Source: Leucoraja erinacea
Taxonomy: Eukaryota
Length of the DNA stretch: 64,000 nucleotides
Direction: 5' to 3'
Assembly (NCBI RefSeq): GCF_028641065.1
Contig: NC_073380.1
Coordinates: 88,908,001 to 88,972,000 of the forward strand
Shown here: positions 1 through 12,552 of the stretch, in pieces
Layout: each line of letters opens with the position of its first letter
How positions within the stretch are numbered: the stretch's first letter is position 1
The notes under the pieces: generated by a model
The model's input: the letters and a program-made list of their open reading frames with translations, nothing else
The model's database searches: none
What the model was told of the DNA's origin: nothing
Program-made: the position numbers and the translations under genes

Positions 1-200
1 AAAGAAGGGAAGAGATCTGAACCTTTTTTTCGTCAGACATCCATCACAGTGAGGAATGTGGAGGAGTCACTGTGGTGGATGTTTATGCTAAAATGTATTT
101 TGTGTGTTCCGTTGCTTTTTATTTGTATGACTGTATGGCAAATGAAATTCCTCGTATGTTGCAAAACATACTTGGCTAATAAAGTATTATTGTGATAGTG
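1..200 (+). mobile_element. 3' end of a non-autonomous retroposon with Rex1/Babar-like tail
   Basis: Stem 37-52/67-82, GCAA-tetraloop hairpin 154-171, AATAAA; related copies at 31440-31640 and 44740-44955. Confidence 0.6.
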
Positions 201-202
201 AT

Positions 203-525
203 TGATGAGGGATGATCTCAAAGAAATGTAGAAAATCATGAGTGGAATGGATCAGGTAAACGCACAGATTATTTTGCCCATAGTTTAGGAATCGAGAACC
301 AGAGGTTTTATGGGAGAGGGGAAAGATTTAGTGGAAACCTGAAGGGTATCTTTTTTACACAAAGGATAGTGGGTGTATGGAACAAACTGCTGGAGTGGGT
401 AGTTGAGGCAAGTGCTATCACAACTTTTAAGAAACTTTAGACAGGTACATGGATAGGGTAGGTTTAGAGTGATATGTGTCAAAAGCAGGCAGGTAGGACT
501 AGTGTCGATGGCTGGCGTAGGCAAA
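203..525 (+). mobile_element. Degenerate CR1 LINE 3' fragment
   Basis: Decayed match to the CR1 ORF2 C-terminus and 3'UTR seen in younger copies in this window. Confidence 0.7.
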
Positions 526-1097
526 TTTTAGAGTTTAAAGAATCACTTTCGAATCATATTGAACAGTAAGAGGCCTTTCAGCCTACAATTTCTAAAAGTG
601 TGCACTGGTTATCCCCTCTCCCTGCTCTTTCCTTAAAGTCCTACAAAGCTTACCTTCTCAAAAGCTCTCCATTTTCCATTTAAAGTCTCTGTTGAAAGTG
701 CTTGTAGTGTACAATCTGGATCACAATAATTTATCGCAAGAAAGAAATTCATCTAATCTCCCCTTCTGCTACAATCAATTACCTGAGATCCAAGCGAAAT
801 TGGCATTTAAGTAGCAGATCCAGTGCAATGTTTTGTACAGGAGACAAGTCCCCAAGATTTTCAATCCTTTTTATATTGACTCAGATTTTAAAATCTTTTG
901 AATCGTTTTCTTGAATTGTTTGTTTGTTACATCGCATCTCTAAAATATTAACCAGGAGTTGAGGGTCGGATAAGGAAAGGATCAATATTTTTTTACCTTC
1001 CTCAAAGAATATTACTCCCCTGCTGCACAGAAAAAAGCATCTTTGAATTAGGCAGGTACTTAAAGGGTTAAAACAAGACAGAGGATGGTGGGACATA

Positions 1098-1125
1098 GGG
1101 GGGGGGGGGGGGGGGGGGGGGGGGG
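1098..1125 (+). repeat. Poly-G tract in G-rich context
   Basis: About 28 consecutive G followed by further G runs. Confidence 0.9.
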
Positions 1126-1837
1126 AGGCAGGGACAGGGGGAGGGGCAGTAAAGAAAAATGCCCCACAGCCAATAGTGGTCAAACGTGATCAGCAATTTC
1201 AAGAGACTGTCCCATATGGTGAATGATGGTGGTTCTTAGTGGATTGAATTCAATTTCGACCACAACAAGAGCTATTTCAATGGGTTGTACCTTTGGGTCA
1301 TAAAGGTTTAACCAGCAAGTTACTGAATCATTTTAAACTGCATGGCAATTAAGTGCTTTGAACTCTTTTTTTAAAACATAGTAAATGTGATGGAGCTTAA
1401 AATTGTACCACTTCCCCCATCATCTTGTGCTGTCCATCCAGGCTTGACAATTAAATGTCGATTGTGTTGTTCCCCTTTTTTTAATATTAAAATAAGCCAA
1501 CAACTCAGTGTGCAGACATTCGGTTTGACCATGGGCTTGTGTGGTCATGCCATGACTGACCTTTTTGTAGTACAGCAGGTCAGATAATAGTCTGAACAGT
1601 GGTCACGTCTGGTCACAGCTCAGCAGAGCGTTGCTGTCAACACCCTCCTTATATGCCAGCTCATCTCGGACTTCTCCGCCTGTCAGCATGCATGGTTTGA
1701 AACAACCTGGAGGTCAGACGCTGGAACAACTAACCATTACCATTCTGTCATCGCCAGGCCACTCATGTACCAAGATGGAGGGCTGAATGGAAGTCATAGC
1801 GACCCCTTCATCTTTACATAGCTCTGGGCTGGAGTAA

Positions 1838-2105
1838 TGTCAAGTCAAGTCAAGTCAAGTCACATTTATTTATATAGCACATTTAAAAAACAACTCTCGT
1901 TGGCCAAAGTGCTTTACATTTGTTATAAGAATAGTATAAACAAACAAATTACATACATATATACATGTAGCCCTCACTCAGTGGACATCAGGAAAGGCTT
2001 GTGAGTATAGATAAGATTTTAGTCTTGACTTAAAGGAGTCGATGGAGGGGGCAGTTCTGATGGGAAGGGGGGATGCTGTTCCACAGTCTAGGAGCTGCAA
2101 CCGCA
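1838..2105 (-). mobile_element. L2-like LINE 3' end
   Basis: Minus strand reads tgtaaagcactttgg...gtgctatataaataaa then (CTTGA)n tail; similar ends at about 61000-61070 and 63680-63946. Confidence 0.55.
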
Positions 2106-2552
2106 TTGAACCTTATTCATTTGAATGGGACTGCCAGCATCTTGAAAATAGTTAAACCAAATAAATGGCCTGCTTACATTATTGTACTTCATCTTTATCT
2201 TTTTCTGAAGTTAATATCTAGGACTCTAAAGTGTTCTGAATTGGTATACTTATTATTATCAAACCTACAGGATCAGTTTTTAAAAGCCTCTGTTCATCAG
2301 ATACTTTAAAAAATTGTTCAAAAACATTTGGCCGCAGTGAGCTTTGAGAAGGCCAACAGGGTGTTAAATATTACCCAAGGCCTCGTCGCCACTCATGGAC
2401 TGCTCCACTTCATAGGTCAACTCCCAGGTATGGAGAGTCAATGTGGCTGGCCCTTTATATCCCACCCAGGATAATACAAGTGGGTACACCAAAGAGGAGT
2501 CCGGCAAGACTGCTTGGACTCCCAGCAGTGAGTAGGCCTCACGCAGCCTGTA

Positions 2553-2648
2553 GTTCCTTCGCTCCATAGATGCTGCTGCACCCGCTGAGTTTCTCCAGCA
2601 TTTTTGTGTACCTTCGATTTTCCAGCATCTGCAGTTCCTTCTTAAACA
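2553..2648 (+). mobile_element. Penelope-like terminal repeat (pLTR) fragment
   Basis: ttccttcgctccatagatgctgc...ccagcatctgcagttcc matches the terminus of the GIY-YIG elements at 19984-21100 and 31727-32905. Confidence 0.8.
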
Positions 2649-2954
2649 GTCTGTAGTCAAGGATGTTTAGAATCAATTAAAAAGGAATGAAGTAACTTTT
2701 TAAAAAAATGTAAATAATTGCATTTTAAATTACTGTAAAATTCTAACTGCTAATTAAAAATGAAAAAAATAAAGTGAAAATAACAAACGTTTACCACAGG
2801 GCCACTGACACTATGAATGATCTGTGCGACTTGCTGTAAAGTGTAGGCGTTGATGCGTAGTGAAGTCAATTTCTCTCCCCATCTGAGACCAAGCACCCGT
2901 GAAAATCTAGGACAAGTGGAGTTGACTGAGAATTTACGGCTTCTCACTGAACCA

Positions 2955-3555
2955 TAAGGTCATAAGTCATAGCAGCAGAATTCGGCAAATCAAATCTACT
3001 CCGCCGTCCAATCATGGCTGATATATCTGCCCCTCGAAACCCCATTCTCCTGCTTTCTCCCCATAACCTCTGATACCTGTACTAATCAAGAATGTATCTA
3101 TCTCTGCCTTACAAGTATTCATTGACATGGCTTCCACAGCCTTCTGGGGCATATAATTCCACAGATTTGGCCCATATACATCTAAACCTATCCTATCCAT
3201 GTGCCTGTCTAAATGTTTCTTAAGTATCTGCCTCAGCTATCTCCTCTGACGGCTTGTTCCATACACCCTTTGTGTGAAAAAGATACCTCTCAGATACCTG
3301 TTAAACCTTTCCCTCATCACCTTAAACCTATATCCTCTGGCTCTCGATTCTCTACTCTGGGCAAAATACTCTGCATCAACCCGATCTATTCCTCTTGATT
3401 TTGGTACACCTCTAAGATCACCCCCCATCCTCCTACACTCCAAGGAACAGAGTCCCAGCCTACTCAACTGCCCCCTATAGCTCAAGCCCTTGAGTATTTG
3501 TAACATCCTTATACTGTAAACCTTCTCTGCACTATTTTCAGCTTGTAACATGTTT
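2955..3555 (-). mobile_element. Two adjacent CR1 3' fragments
   Basis: ORFs 3012-3200 and 3237-3551 encode CR1 C-terminal motifs (LWNYMPQKAVEA; GLSYRGQLSRLGLCSLECRRMGGDL). Confidence 0.8.
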
Positions 3556-3759
3556 TAGGTCAGGACATGTGGAGAAAATCACCTCCATCCCCTTCCACAC
3601 ATCCCATCCTCAGGCCTCAATTCATCCCTTTTCACTTGGTATCTCATCGCCTGTAGTCTCCTTTTCATCTCTGACCATTCTCCACTTATCTGTCAACTTT
3701 TTACTGAAGATTCTAGCATCTGCAGTTCCTTGAGTATGACTTTACTGTCTCCTCTACTG

Positions 3760-4340
3760 TCAGACTGAGGCCACATGCAAACTGGAAGAACTGCACCTCT
3801 TGGGCAGTCTACAACCCTATGGCATGAACATTGAATTCCCCAATCTCAGGTAAACCGCCCCCTCACACTGCTTTCTCATCTACCTCATCTACCCTGTCCA
3901 CACTGACCACCCCCCACCAATGTGCACCCTTTTCCACAGTCCGATCACCCAGCACCTTTTCTCTCAGTCATTTCCCATCCCCCACTATGAGCCCCTTATT
4001 TGTCCTTTATTTCCCCCTCTTTTCCACTATCCCACCTCTTGTTCCCTTCTACCCACTGCTCTCTATTTTACATTTCACACTTCCTTTTCCTCCTCTATCT
4101 AATTCCACATATGAACACTTTTATCTCCTTTTTATTATCACCACCCAATTGTCAACCACTCCTCTTTACCTGAACCAACCTATCGCTTGACATTTTTTGC
4201 TGTACCCCTCACCTCTCTTTACCAGCTTTCTCCTCTCTGCTCAGTCATTCTGAAGAAGGATCGCGACCCAAAATATTGTCTGTCCTTTTCCCTTTGCAGA
4301 TGCAGCCTAGCATGCTAAGTTCCTCTAACAATTTGTTTTT
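3760..4340 (+). mobile_element. Old Penelope-like 3' fragment
   Basis: End of GIY-YIG coding region, pyrimidine-rich spacer, decayed pLTR at about 4245-4340. Confidence 0.6.
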
Positions 4341-4414
4341 GGCTCATAACCTTAGATATCTCAATTAAGTAACTATTCTTTGTGAGTATGCTTAGATAGT
4401 GGCTATTGGCAAAC

Positions 4415-4730
4415 TTAGTTTAGTTTTGAGATAGTTTAGAGATACAGCACGGAAACAGGCCATTCGTCCCACCAAGTCCGTGCCGAACAGCAATTCGTGT
4501 ACACTAGCACCAACCTACACACCAGGGACAATTTACAATCTTTACCGAAACCAACTAACCTACAAACCTGAATGTCTTTGGAGTGTGGGAGGAAACCAGA
4601 GCACCCAGGTAAAACCCATATGGTCATGGGGAGAACATACAAACTCCATACAGACAGCAACTGTCGTCAGGGTCAAACCTAGGTCTCAGGCGCTGTAAGG
4701 CAGCAACTCTACCACTGTCCCACTCTGCCT
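4415..4730 (-). mobile_element. tRNA-derived V-SINE (HE1-like)
   Basis: tRNA-like head, V-domain core, CR1-like 3' end and (AAACT)n tail on minus strand. Confidence 0.8.
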
Positions 4731-5061
4731 CAAATTAAAAGACCGACAAAGATTAACAGAACAGTCTAACTTCATATGACCTCATCTACCGTTCACATAA
4801 CAACATGGACACATCACAAGAAATGGCCATTCAGACTGTCATTCCTACTCACTACATCAAAGTTGATCTCTCGCTCCATGTATTCAGATCTGTTTCATAA
4901 CCCTTCATGTAATAACTGTCAAAAATTGATCTCCCTCAGTTTGGAAAGTTCTACTTCACCCCACTCCCTATCTGTTGTGTTCTATCTTTGATATATACCC
5001 CAGGACACATGAAACTTTGTGGGGGTTGTTTCCCCATTCTTTCCCTTAGACAAAAACAAAT

Positions 5062-5648
5062 GCGAATAAGGGTTGGCCATTTAGGACTGAGATGAGGGAA
5101 AACATTTTCACCCAGCGAGTTGGGAATCCGTGGAATTATCTGCCACAGAAGACAGTGGAGGCCGATTCATTGGATGTTTTCAAGATGAAGTTAGATTTAG
5201 CTCTCAGGGCTAAAGGAATTAAGGGATATTTTAGAAGGAGTTTCTTCCCAGAGGCCATTAGGACTCCTATCTCACCAGGGACTAACTTTTACTGTACCAC
5301 TCTACTGCTTTTTTTTAAATTACTGTTTTTTTCCCTTTTTCCTTCTGCCCACAATATTTAATATGTAAAAGAATATGTGATTCTGTTCCATTCTCTTTGT
5401 AGTTTGTTTGGTTGTTTGTCTTTTTGCACTAAGTTCGCAAGCATTGCCACTTTTCATTTCACTGCACATCTCGTATGTGTATGTGACGAATAAACTTGAC
5501 TTGACTTGACTTGACTTGGATATGGGGAAAAATCAGGAACAGGGTACTGATTTTAGATGATCAACCATGATCATATTGAATGGTGGTGCGTGCTCGAAAG
5601 GCCGAATGGCGTTCTCCTGCACCAATTTTTCAATATGTTTCTATGCTT
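5062..5648 (+). mobile_element. CR1 3' fragment interrupted by a nested insertion
   Basis: ORF 5092 FTQRVGNPWNYLPQKTVEA; resumes at about 5518 and ends in tttctatg tail. Confidence 0.8.
5230..5517 (+). mobile_element. Rex1/Babar 3' end nested in CR1
   Basis: FRRSFFPEAIR C-terminus, (CTTGA)n tail, TSD GGATAT at 5224-5229 and 5518-5523. Confidence 0.8.
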
Positions 5649-6554
5649 CTAAAAGCTAGATTTATAAAGCACCTTTCTCCCTCTTAAGTCAACCCAAATC
5701 ATTTTACAGCCATTTAGAAACGTTTAACGTGTAATCAGCAACCAAATAGTGTACAATAAGCTCTCACAGACAAGGGACAAGGAAAAGGTAATTGTATTTT
5801 AGTGACGTTTGTTTCAAAGGTGCAGGTGACATCTCCACTGAACTTCTTTGAAAGATTGTTTAAATCTACCTGAAAGGGAAGTCAGGGGCTGAGTTAGCAC
5901 CCCCTTCAAAAGAATGAACATCTGACATTGTAGCTCACCCTCAGTACTGCACTGGCTTATGCCCTGAAGCCCTTGGAACCCACATCATCAGAGGTGACAA
6001 CTACTCTCTGATCCAAAGCCAGTCGATGAAGTGAGGTCAACTCCACTTTTCACTGCAACCACAGCTCCAGTTGGATCACAGGCCCAAACTCCATTACTTA
6101 CAGTCTTCCAATGTGATATGCATATCCCAATCATTCCATCCCACCCAGTCCCTCCCTGTACAGTTTAATGATTTTCCCAAAAGGCGGTTAAGTATACAAC
6201 AGCCTCTCGCTCAAAAAATGATCCTCATCACAGAAGGCAGCATCTTTCAGGGCACTAAATCAGCTGCCTGCTTCCAAAATGAGAGGAGGCAAAGAGGGAT
6301 TTTCTACCTGTCTGGGGTATTTCGAACCTTACAGCCCAGGTGTCTTGCTTGCAGAGTTCTCACAGATTCAGATGACATGTGGAGACAATTGAGCATGTGA
6401 GACGGAAGACATATTTCCATGCATTTGTAAATAAGAATTTTCCTAACTTTTATACCAAGATGGCATTCTCTCCTTATATTAATGTTCAGGGCCTTGGAGT
6501 AAGAGAGAAGTGGGGAATGGAACTCACTGGGTTGGTCTATTGACCCATGGACGA

Positions 6555-7035
6555 TCTCCATCCAAGATTGCAAGAGATTGCAGAGAGTCATGGAGGTAGC
6601 CCAGACCATCATGCAAACCACTGATTCCATCCACACTTCACGCTGCCTCAGCAAGGCCACCACCATAATCAAGGGCCAATCTCACCCTGGTCACTCTCCC
6701 CTCTCCATTCAGGCAAAACCTACAGAAGTTTGAAAATGCATACCTCCAGATTCAAGGATAAATTCTGACCAGCTGTTATCAAGCAAATGAGCCATCCTCT
6801 CACCAGCTAGAGCGTTGTTATCACCTACCATTTGGAGACCTTTGAAATATCTTTAATCAGACTTCATTGGACTTTATCTTGCACTAAATAATATACCCTT
6901 CATCCTGTATCTGTACACTGTGACCACTTGATTGTAATCATGTTTAATGTTCTCGTTGACTGGATAGCACGCAACAAAAAAGCTTTTCACTGTACCTCAG
7001 TACATGTGAAAATAATAAAATAAATTAAACTAAAA
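6555..7035 (+). mobile_element. Rex1/Babar-derived 3' fragment
   Basis: Decayed LQRV...RCL...II C-terminus and tail aagcttttcactgtacctc...aaactaaaact. Confidence 0.7.
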
Positions 7036-7635
7036 CTATTAGAAGTCAGCATAGCATTGATGGGCTGAATAGCCTCCTCCAATGCCATGACAATCGAATG
7101 CTTATTTATATGAATGTAAATATATCCTAAAAGGCCCTCATTAATGAATTTCATTTTTGATATTTTCATCCAGCTAGATGTCTGGTGTCATCTTTAGATT
7201 GTATCTTTGAGCCCTGCAGACCACCATTTGAATGGTTACACAGAACACTAATGTGAAATAAATCATTTGCCATAGTAGCAGTGGCCTCTGCTCTGGTCTC
7301 TGAGCTTCTCCCGGCGAAGCCTTCAGACATCCAGCTCCTTGTAATAGAAACCTTCCCACCCACCATTCCAACCCACAACCTTCACCCCTGCCTGAATTCA
7401 GCTGAAGCCAGCCAAAGCACCGTGAAATAATTTGTTAATCATTTATTCAGTAGCCTCAACTTTAAGACAAAACATTCCTGATTGGATCTACAAAATTAAG
7501 ACAACTCGCCGAATGACTGTGTGCAGAGGGTTGTGAGTTGCACAAGTTTTATGTCAGCCCACAAACTGTATCCCAGCCAAGCTCTGACCCTGAATTTTCT
7601 CACATCAGTGGTATTCAGAACTTTATATGGCATTA

Positions 7636-8068
7636 AGTGTATGTGTGCACATACATATTTGTGTGTGTGTTTGTGTGAGTGTGGGTATGTATGTATGCGT
7701 GTGAATAGCTTTTCTGTGCGTGCATGCATATTTGTGAATATCTGCATTTGTGAGTGTCTATGTGTTTGTATGTGAATAGGGGTGTGCACAGGGTATCTGA
7801 AAGTGTGTGTGTGTGTGTATAGTAGTGTCTCTTTCTGAGTCTCTGTGGGCGAGTGTATATGTCTATGTGTGCAGTGTGTATATGTTTGTATGTGTGCCTA
7901 TATGTGCATTGGTGTACATGTGTGTGTGTGCAAGAGTGAGTGTGTGTGTGCAAGAGTGAGTGTATGTGCCTGTGTCTGTGTGTGTATTGGTGTACGTGTG
8001 TGTGTCCGTGTGTGTGCAAGAGTGTGTGTGTCTATGTGTGCGTCTGTGTCTGCGTGTGTATGTGTGCT
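7636..8068. repeat. Degenerate (TG)n microsatellite
   Basis: Imperfect GT repeats; source of the spurious HT/CV-rich ORFs. Confidence 0.9.
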
Positions 8069-9191
8069 AGCAAGGCTTGAACAAAGAGATCTTGTAGTCA
8101 GCAGAGAGTGCTTCTGGTCTCCATAACCAGAATTTACAGCAGGTTTCTTTTCACATGCTTGACATTTCCTCACAATTTCTTAGATATACTCAGTGGGTAC
8201 AGTGTGCCATCTTTGTTTGAATTTATCACACATAATAAGCCATTTTCTTTGAGTTTAATGTCATCTCCCCGGTAACCAGGATCTCTGAGGGAACAATGTA
8301 AAAACAGAAAATTTGTCAATGGAATGTGCACAGCTTAGTATGAATTTATCTTGTCTTAATCCCCCAGTCTTTTATACAATGATTTTCATATGCATATGAG
8401 AATTATTTGAGCATTACTTTCTCACACATTTTATAGTCTGTTTAGGATTGGAGCAGTCAGTGATCCATCCAGGCAAATTAAAAATGGTCAGGAGAACAAC
8501 CATTCCCTCCCGAATTTACTTTCTTTCTTCTTCTAAAAAAAAAACTGCTTACTGTATGTTTTTCTTTGTGTTGGCTTTCAGTGAAAAATCAGCGGGTTTA
8601 ATGATGCTTTCAGAATAAAGAAACACTCCTCTCTCTGGCCCCTTGCAACTTGGCATCAGCCATGGGCCGTACAAAATCACATTTCAGACAGGTGGCACTG
8701 CCAAACAGCCATAAGACGAGTCACTTCAATTTGCTGTGTCCACAACTTACTCTGCACAGTCACCAGCCCTGTTACAAAGAGGACTTAATCTCTTTTCAGG
8801 AACATACAATCTCCTTGTTGTGGCCACGTAAAAAGGGAGATTCAACGTTCAAAATGGCCTCACAACTTGGACGCTTCATTAAATTAAAACTGCGTATCAC
8901 TTGAGTGAATTATCGACTATTTTTCATTATTCTGTCATTTTAAATTGCTCACTATCAGAACATTTGGAGTTGAGTATGAGGGAGAAATATGATGGCTTAA
9001 ACCCTGAGGAGGGCTGTATTAATCTATTGCATGATATTTAATGTGTTACCAGTGACAAACTAGCACCCAGTTTTCCAATGAATTCTGCTGATCTGGTGTT
9101 TTGTCCTATCGATGTTACTTGGTTTTGACTCAGTTGTACTCTTGCATCCAAGTCAAAAGGCAGAGTGTTCAAATCCAACACCAGAAATTGA

Positions 9192-9290
9192 TGGTCTGAA
9201 GGAGGGTCTCAACCCGATACACCACCTATTCCTTTTCTTCATAGATGCTGCCTGACTCGCTGAGTTACTCCAGCATTTTGTGTCTACCTC
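9192..9290 (+). mobile_element. Penelope pLTR fragment
   Basis: ggtctgaaggagggtctcaacccg...gatgctgcctgactcgctgagttactccagc. Confidence 0.7.
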
Positions 9291-9968
9291 CAGAAATTGT
9301 ACTACAGAGATCACATTCTAATGCTGTGCTATTAGAACTGCTATCTTCCAAAAGTAGCATTATAAAGCTAGTTTTGCTTTTACATTCAGATCCCACATTG
9401 CTACTTAGAAGAATGGCCAGCTTACCCTGCTCATCAAGCTAATCTGAGCATGCACATATATCAATTATGAACAAGCCATCATCCCTCAGGTCAGCTCTGC
9501 TGCTGTAGAAAGGATCACGCTTTCTACAGTACAACAGGAACCACACATTGACTGCAAAATGGGTTGGCATGTTCTGACACTATGAAAGCTGCTATAGAAA
9601 CGCAGCTCTTTCTTAACTCCTGTCTGAAGTTTGCAGTTGCTCCAGGTATCTGCGTGGATTACCTTCGGGTACTCCGGTTTCCTCCAAGATTGAAAAGGCA
9701 TGCAGGTTGCTTTGCCACCATAAATCGCTCCAAGAATGTAGCTGCGCAGTAGAATCTGGAGGAGTTGATGGGAATCTAGAGAGAATGAAATGGGATTGGT
9801 GTAAGAGTAGCAAAAATGGGTGCTTGATGGTCAGCATAGAGTCTCTAGGCTCAACGGCCAATTTCACAGAACATACAACAGAACATCACAGAAGGAGGCC
9901 CTTCCACCCACTATGTCTGTGCTGACCATGATGCCAATGTGAACTAATCCCAACTGCATGCACAAGGT

Positions 9969-10299
9969 AGTTTGGGCAGTCACGGTGGCGTAGTGGTAGA
10001 GTTACTGCCCTACAGTGAATGCAGCGCCGGAGACCCAGGTTCGATCCCGATTACAGGTGCTGTCTGTACGGAGTTTGTACATTCTCCCTGTGATCTGTGT
10101 GGGTTTTCTCCGAGATCTCCAGTTTCCTCCCACATTCCCAAGACATACAGGTTTGTAGGTTAATTGGCTTGGTAAATATAACAATTGTCCCTAGTGGATG
10201 TAGGGCAGTGTTAATATGCGGGGATCGCTGGTCGGCGCGGACCCGGAATGGCTGAAGGGGCTGTTCCTGTGCTTTATCTCAAAACTAAAAACTAAACTA
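9969..10299 (+). mobile_element. Near full-length V-SINE (HE1-like) nested in an old CR1
   Basis: A box tggcgtagtgg, B box ggttcgatcc, V core, (AAACT)n tail, TSD AAGGT at 9964-9968 and 10300-10304. Confidence 0.88.
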
Positions 10300-10491
10300 A
10301 AGGTCCATATCCCACTATTCCCAACCTGTTCATTTTCCTGTCCAAATACTTCCTAAATGTAGCTATCATGTTTGGTTGCACCACTCCCCGGTCAATGTAT
10401 TCCTGGTACCTTCCACTCTCAGTATGAAAAAAACTTTCCTTGCAAATCTCCTTAGATCTTTCTTCCTTTCATCTTAAACCTATACCTCATT

Positions 10492-11835
10492 GCACAAGAA
10501 GAGCAAGATGACATGCCTCAACGACTATCGACTAGTGGCATTAACGTCTGTAGTGATGAAGTGCTTTGAGAAGTTGATTATGGCGCATATCAACTCCTAC
10601 CTCAACAAGAACCTCGACCCTCTGCAGTTCGCTTACCGCCACAACAGGTCAACAGTGGATGCAATCTCACTTGCTCTCCACTCCGCTCTGGACCACTTGG
10701 ACAACAAAAACTTGTATGTCAGGCTGTTGTTCATAGACTACAGCTCGCCGTTTAATACCATCATCCCCTCCAAGCTGGTTACCAAGCTTAGAGATCTGGG
10801 TTTCTGCGCATCCCTCTGCAATTGGATCCTCGACTTCCTCATTCACAGACCACAGCCTGTCCGTATTGGTGGAAATGTGTCATCCTCGATAACAATCAGC
10901 CCCCTGCTGTACTCACTCTATACTCATGACTGTGTAGCCAGACATAGTGCGAACTACATTATAACGTTCGCCGACGACACCACTGTTGTGGGACGAATCA
11001 CTGAGTCAGAGTATAGAAGTGAGATCGACCGATTGACCAAATGGTGCCAGCACAGCAACCTGGCTCTCAACACCAGCAAAACCAAGGTACTGATTGTGTA
11101 CTTTGGAAGAGGTAGGATAGGGACCCACAATCCCGGGTCAAAAACTTCAAATTCCTGGGCATGCATACTTCCGAAGATCTTTCCTGGTCCCAGCACACTG
11201 ATGCAAGTATAAAGAAGGCACATCAGCACCTCTACTTCCTGAAAAAGATTACAGAGATCCGGCATGTCAAAGAGGACTCTCTCAAACTTCTACAGGTGCA
11301 CAGTAGAGAGCATGCTGACTGGTTGCATCGTGGCTTGGTTCGGCAACATGAGCGTCCATGAGCGGGACAAAATGCAGAAAGTTGTGACCAGTGCCCAGTC
11401 CATCATCGGCTCATCATCCCTCCCCACCATCGAAGGGATCTATTGCAGTCGCTGCCTCAAAAACGCTGCCAACATCATATGTGCCAAGACCCACAGAATC
11501 CTGGCTACACACTCATCTCTCCGTTGACATCGGGAAGAAGGTACAGGAGCTTGAAATTTGGAACATCTAGGTTCAGGAACAGCTACTTCCCCACAGCCAT
11601 CAGGCTATTAAATACAACATTAGCTCTGAACAATAACAGTCTATTATCACTATTGCACTTTATCTATTGTGTTTATTTATTGTATATATATATATATATA
11701 TAGTCTATGGTATATAGACACACTGAACTTTGATCTCCTGTTCTGTATTACGTTTACATATTCTGTTGTGCTGCAGCAAGCAAGAATTTCATTATCCTAT
11801 CTGGAACACACGACAATAAAACTCTCTTGACTCTT
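10492..11835 (+). mobile_element. 5'-truncated Rex1/Babar LINE with disrupted RT
   Basis: ORF 10490-11212 [49 protein letters not shown]; the PQG motif is deleted; frameshifted C-terminus; ACAATAAA plus ctcttga tail. Confidence 0.9.
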
Positions 11836-12369
11836 GTATTTGACATTTTCATCCTGAGAAAAATACTCAAGATTACCTACCCTATTAATTCCTCTCACCA
11901 TTTCATATAGCTTTATTAGGTCCCCCCTCTGCCTACTGCGCTCCCATGGAAACAATCCGTTTGGTCAAACTTACTGGGTATTAATGCCAAGCTGGGTATT
12001 AATGGTGATAGATAACACCCAGTTCCATGTTCTGTGAGTCAGTGACTATGACAGAACAAAGGAAAACAACAGAAGCATCAAAACAAACACTGGAAAACAC
12101 AAGCTACTGCAGATGCTGCAATCTTGAGCTAAAAACAAACTGCTGCACGAACTCAGTGGGGTGGAGATCTTCTACAAAATGGGCATACTTTGAGAAGATT
12201 TATTGGTGGGTGCTGGTGACCAAGGAATTGAAATGCTTGTGTTTGATGACTTTCAAATCAGCAGTTATTAAAATCTGGCTCAAATAAAATGATCAGGTAA
12301 ATATTGCAAACCCCAAAGCTTAATTGGACAATGTAATTTCTAAGCCTAAACTGCCTCCTCCTTCTGTCT

Positions 12370-12552
12370 TGAAGAAGGAACTGCAGATACTGGAAAATCG
12401 AAGGTAGACAAAGTGCTGGAGAAAGTCAGCGGGTGCAGCAGCATCTATGGAGCGAAGGAAATAGGCAAGGTTTCGGCCCAAAACGTTGCCTATTTCCTTC
12501 GCTCCATAGATGCTGCAACACCCGCTGAGTTTCTCCAGCACTTTGTCTACCT
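12370..12552. repeat. Inverted Penelope pLTR pair forming a long hairpin
   Basis: Arms 12402-12468 and 12486-12552 are reverse complements with few mismatches. Confidence 0.9.

Noticed and set aside
2364-2660. 98-aa minus-strand ORF with a donor-like GGTAAT near its end
   Set aside because: N-terminal part is pLTR antisense; the rest has no recognisable homology
7496-8173. His/Thr- and Cys/Val-rich ORFs
   Set aside because: Translations of the (TG)n microsatellite
9975-10055. tRNA-like sequence with A and B boxes
   Set aside because: It is the head of a SINE, continuous with the V core and tail, not a tRNA gene
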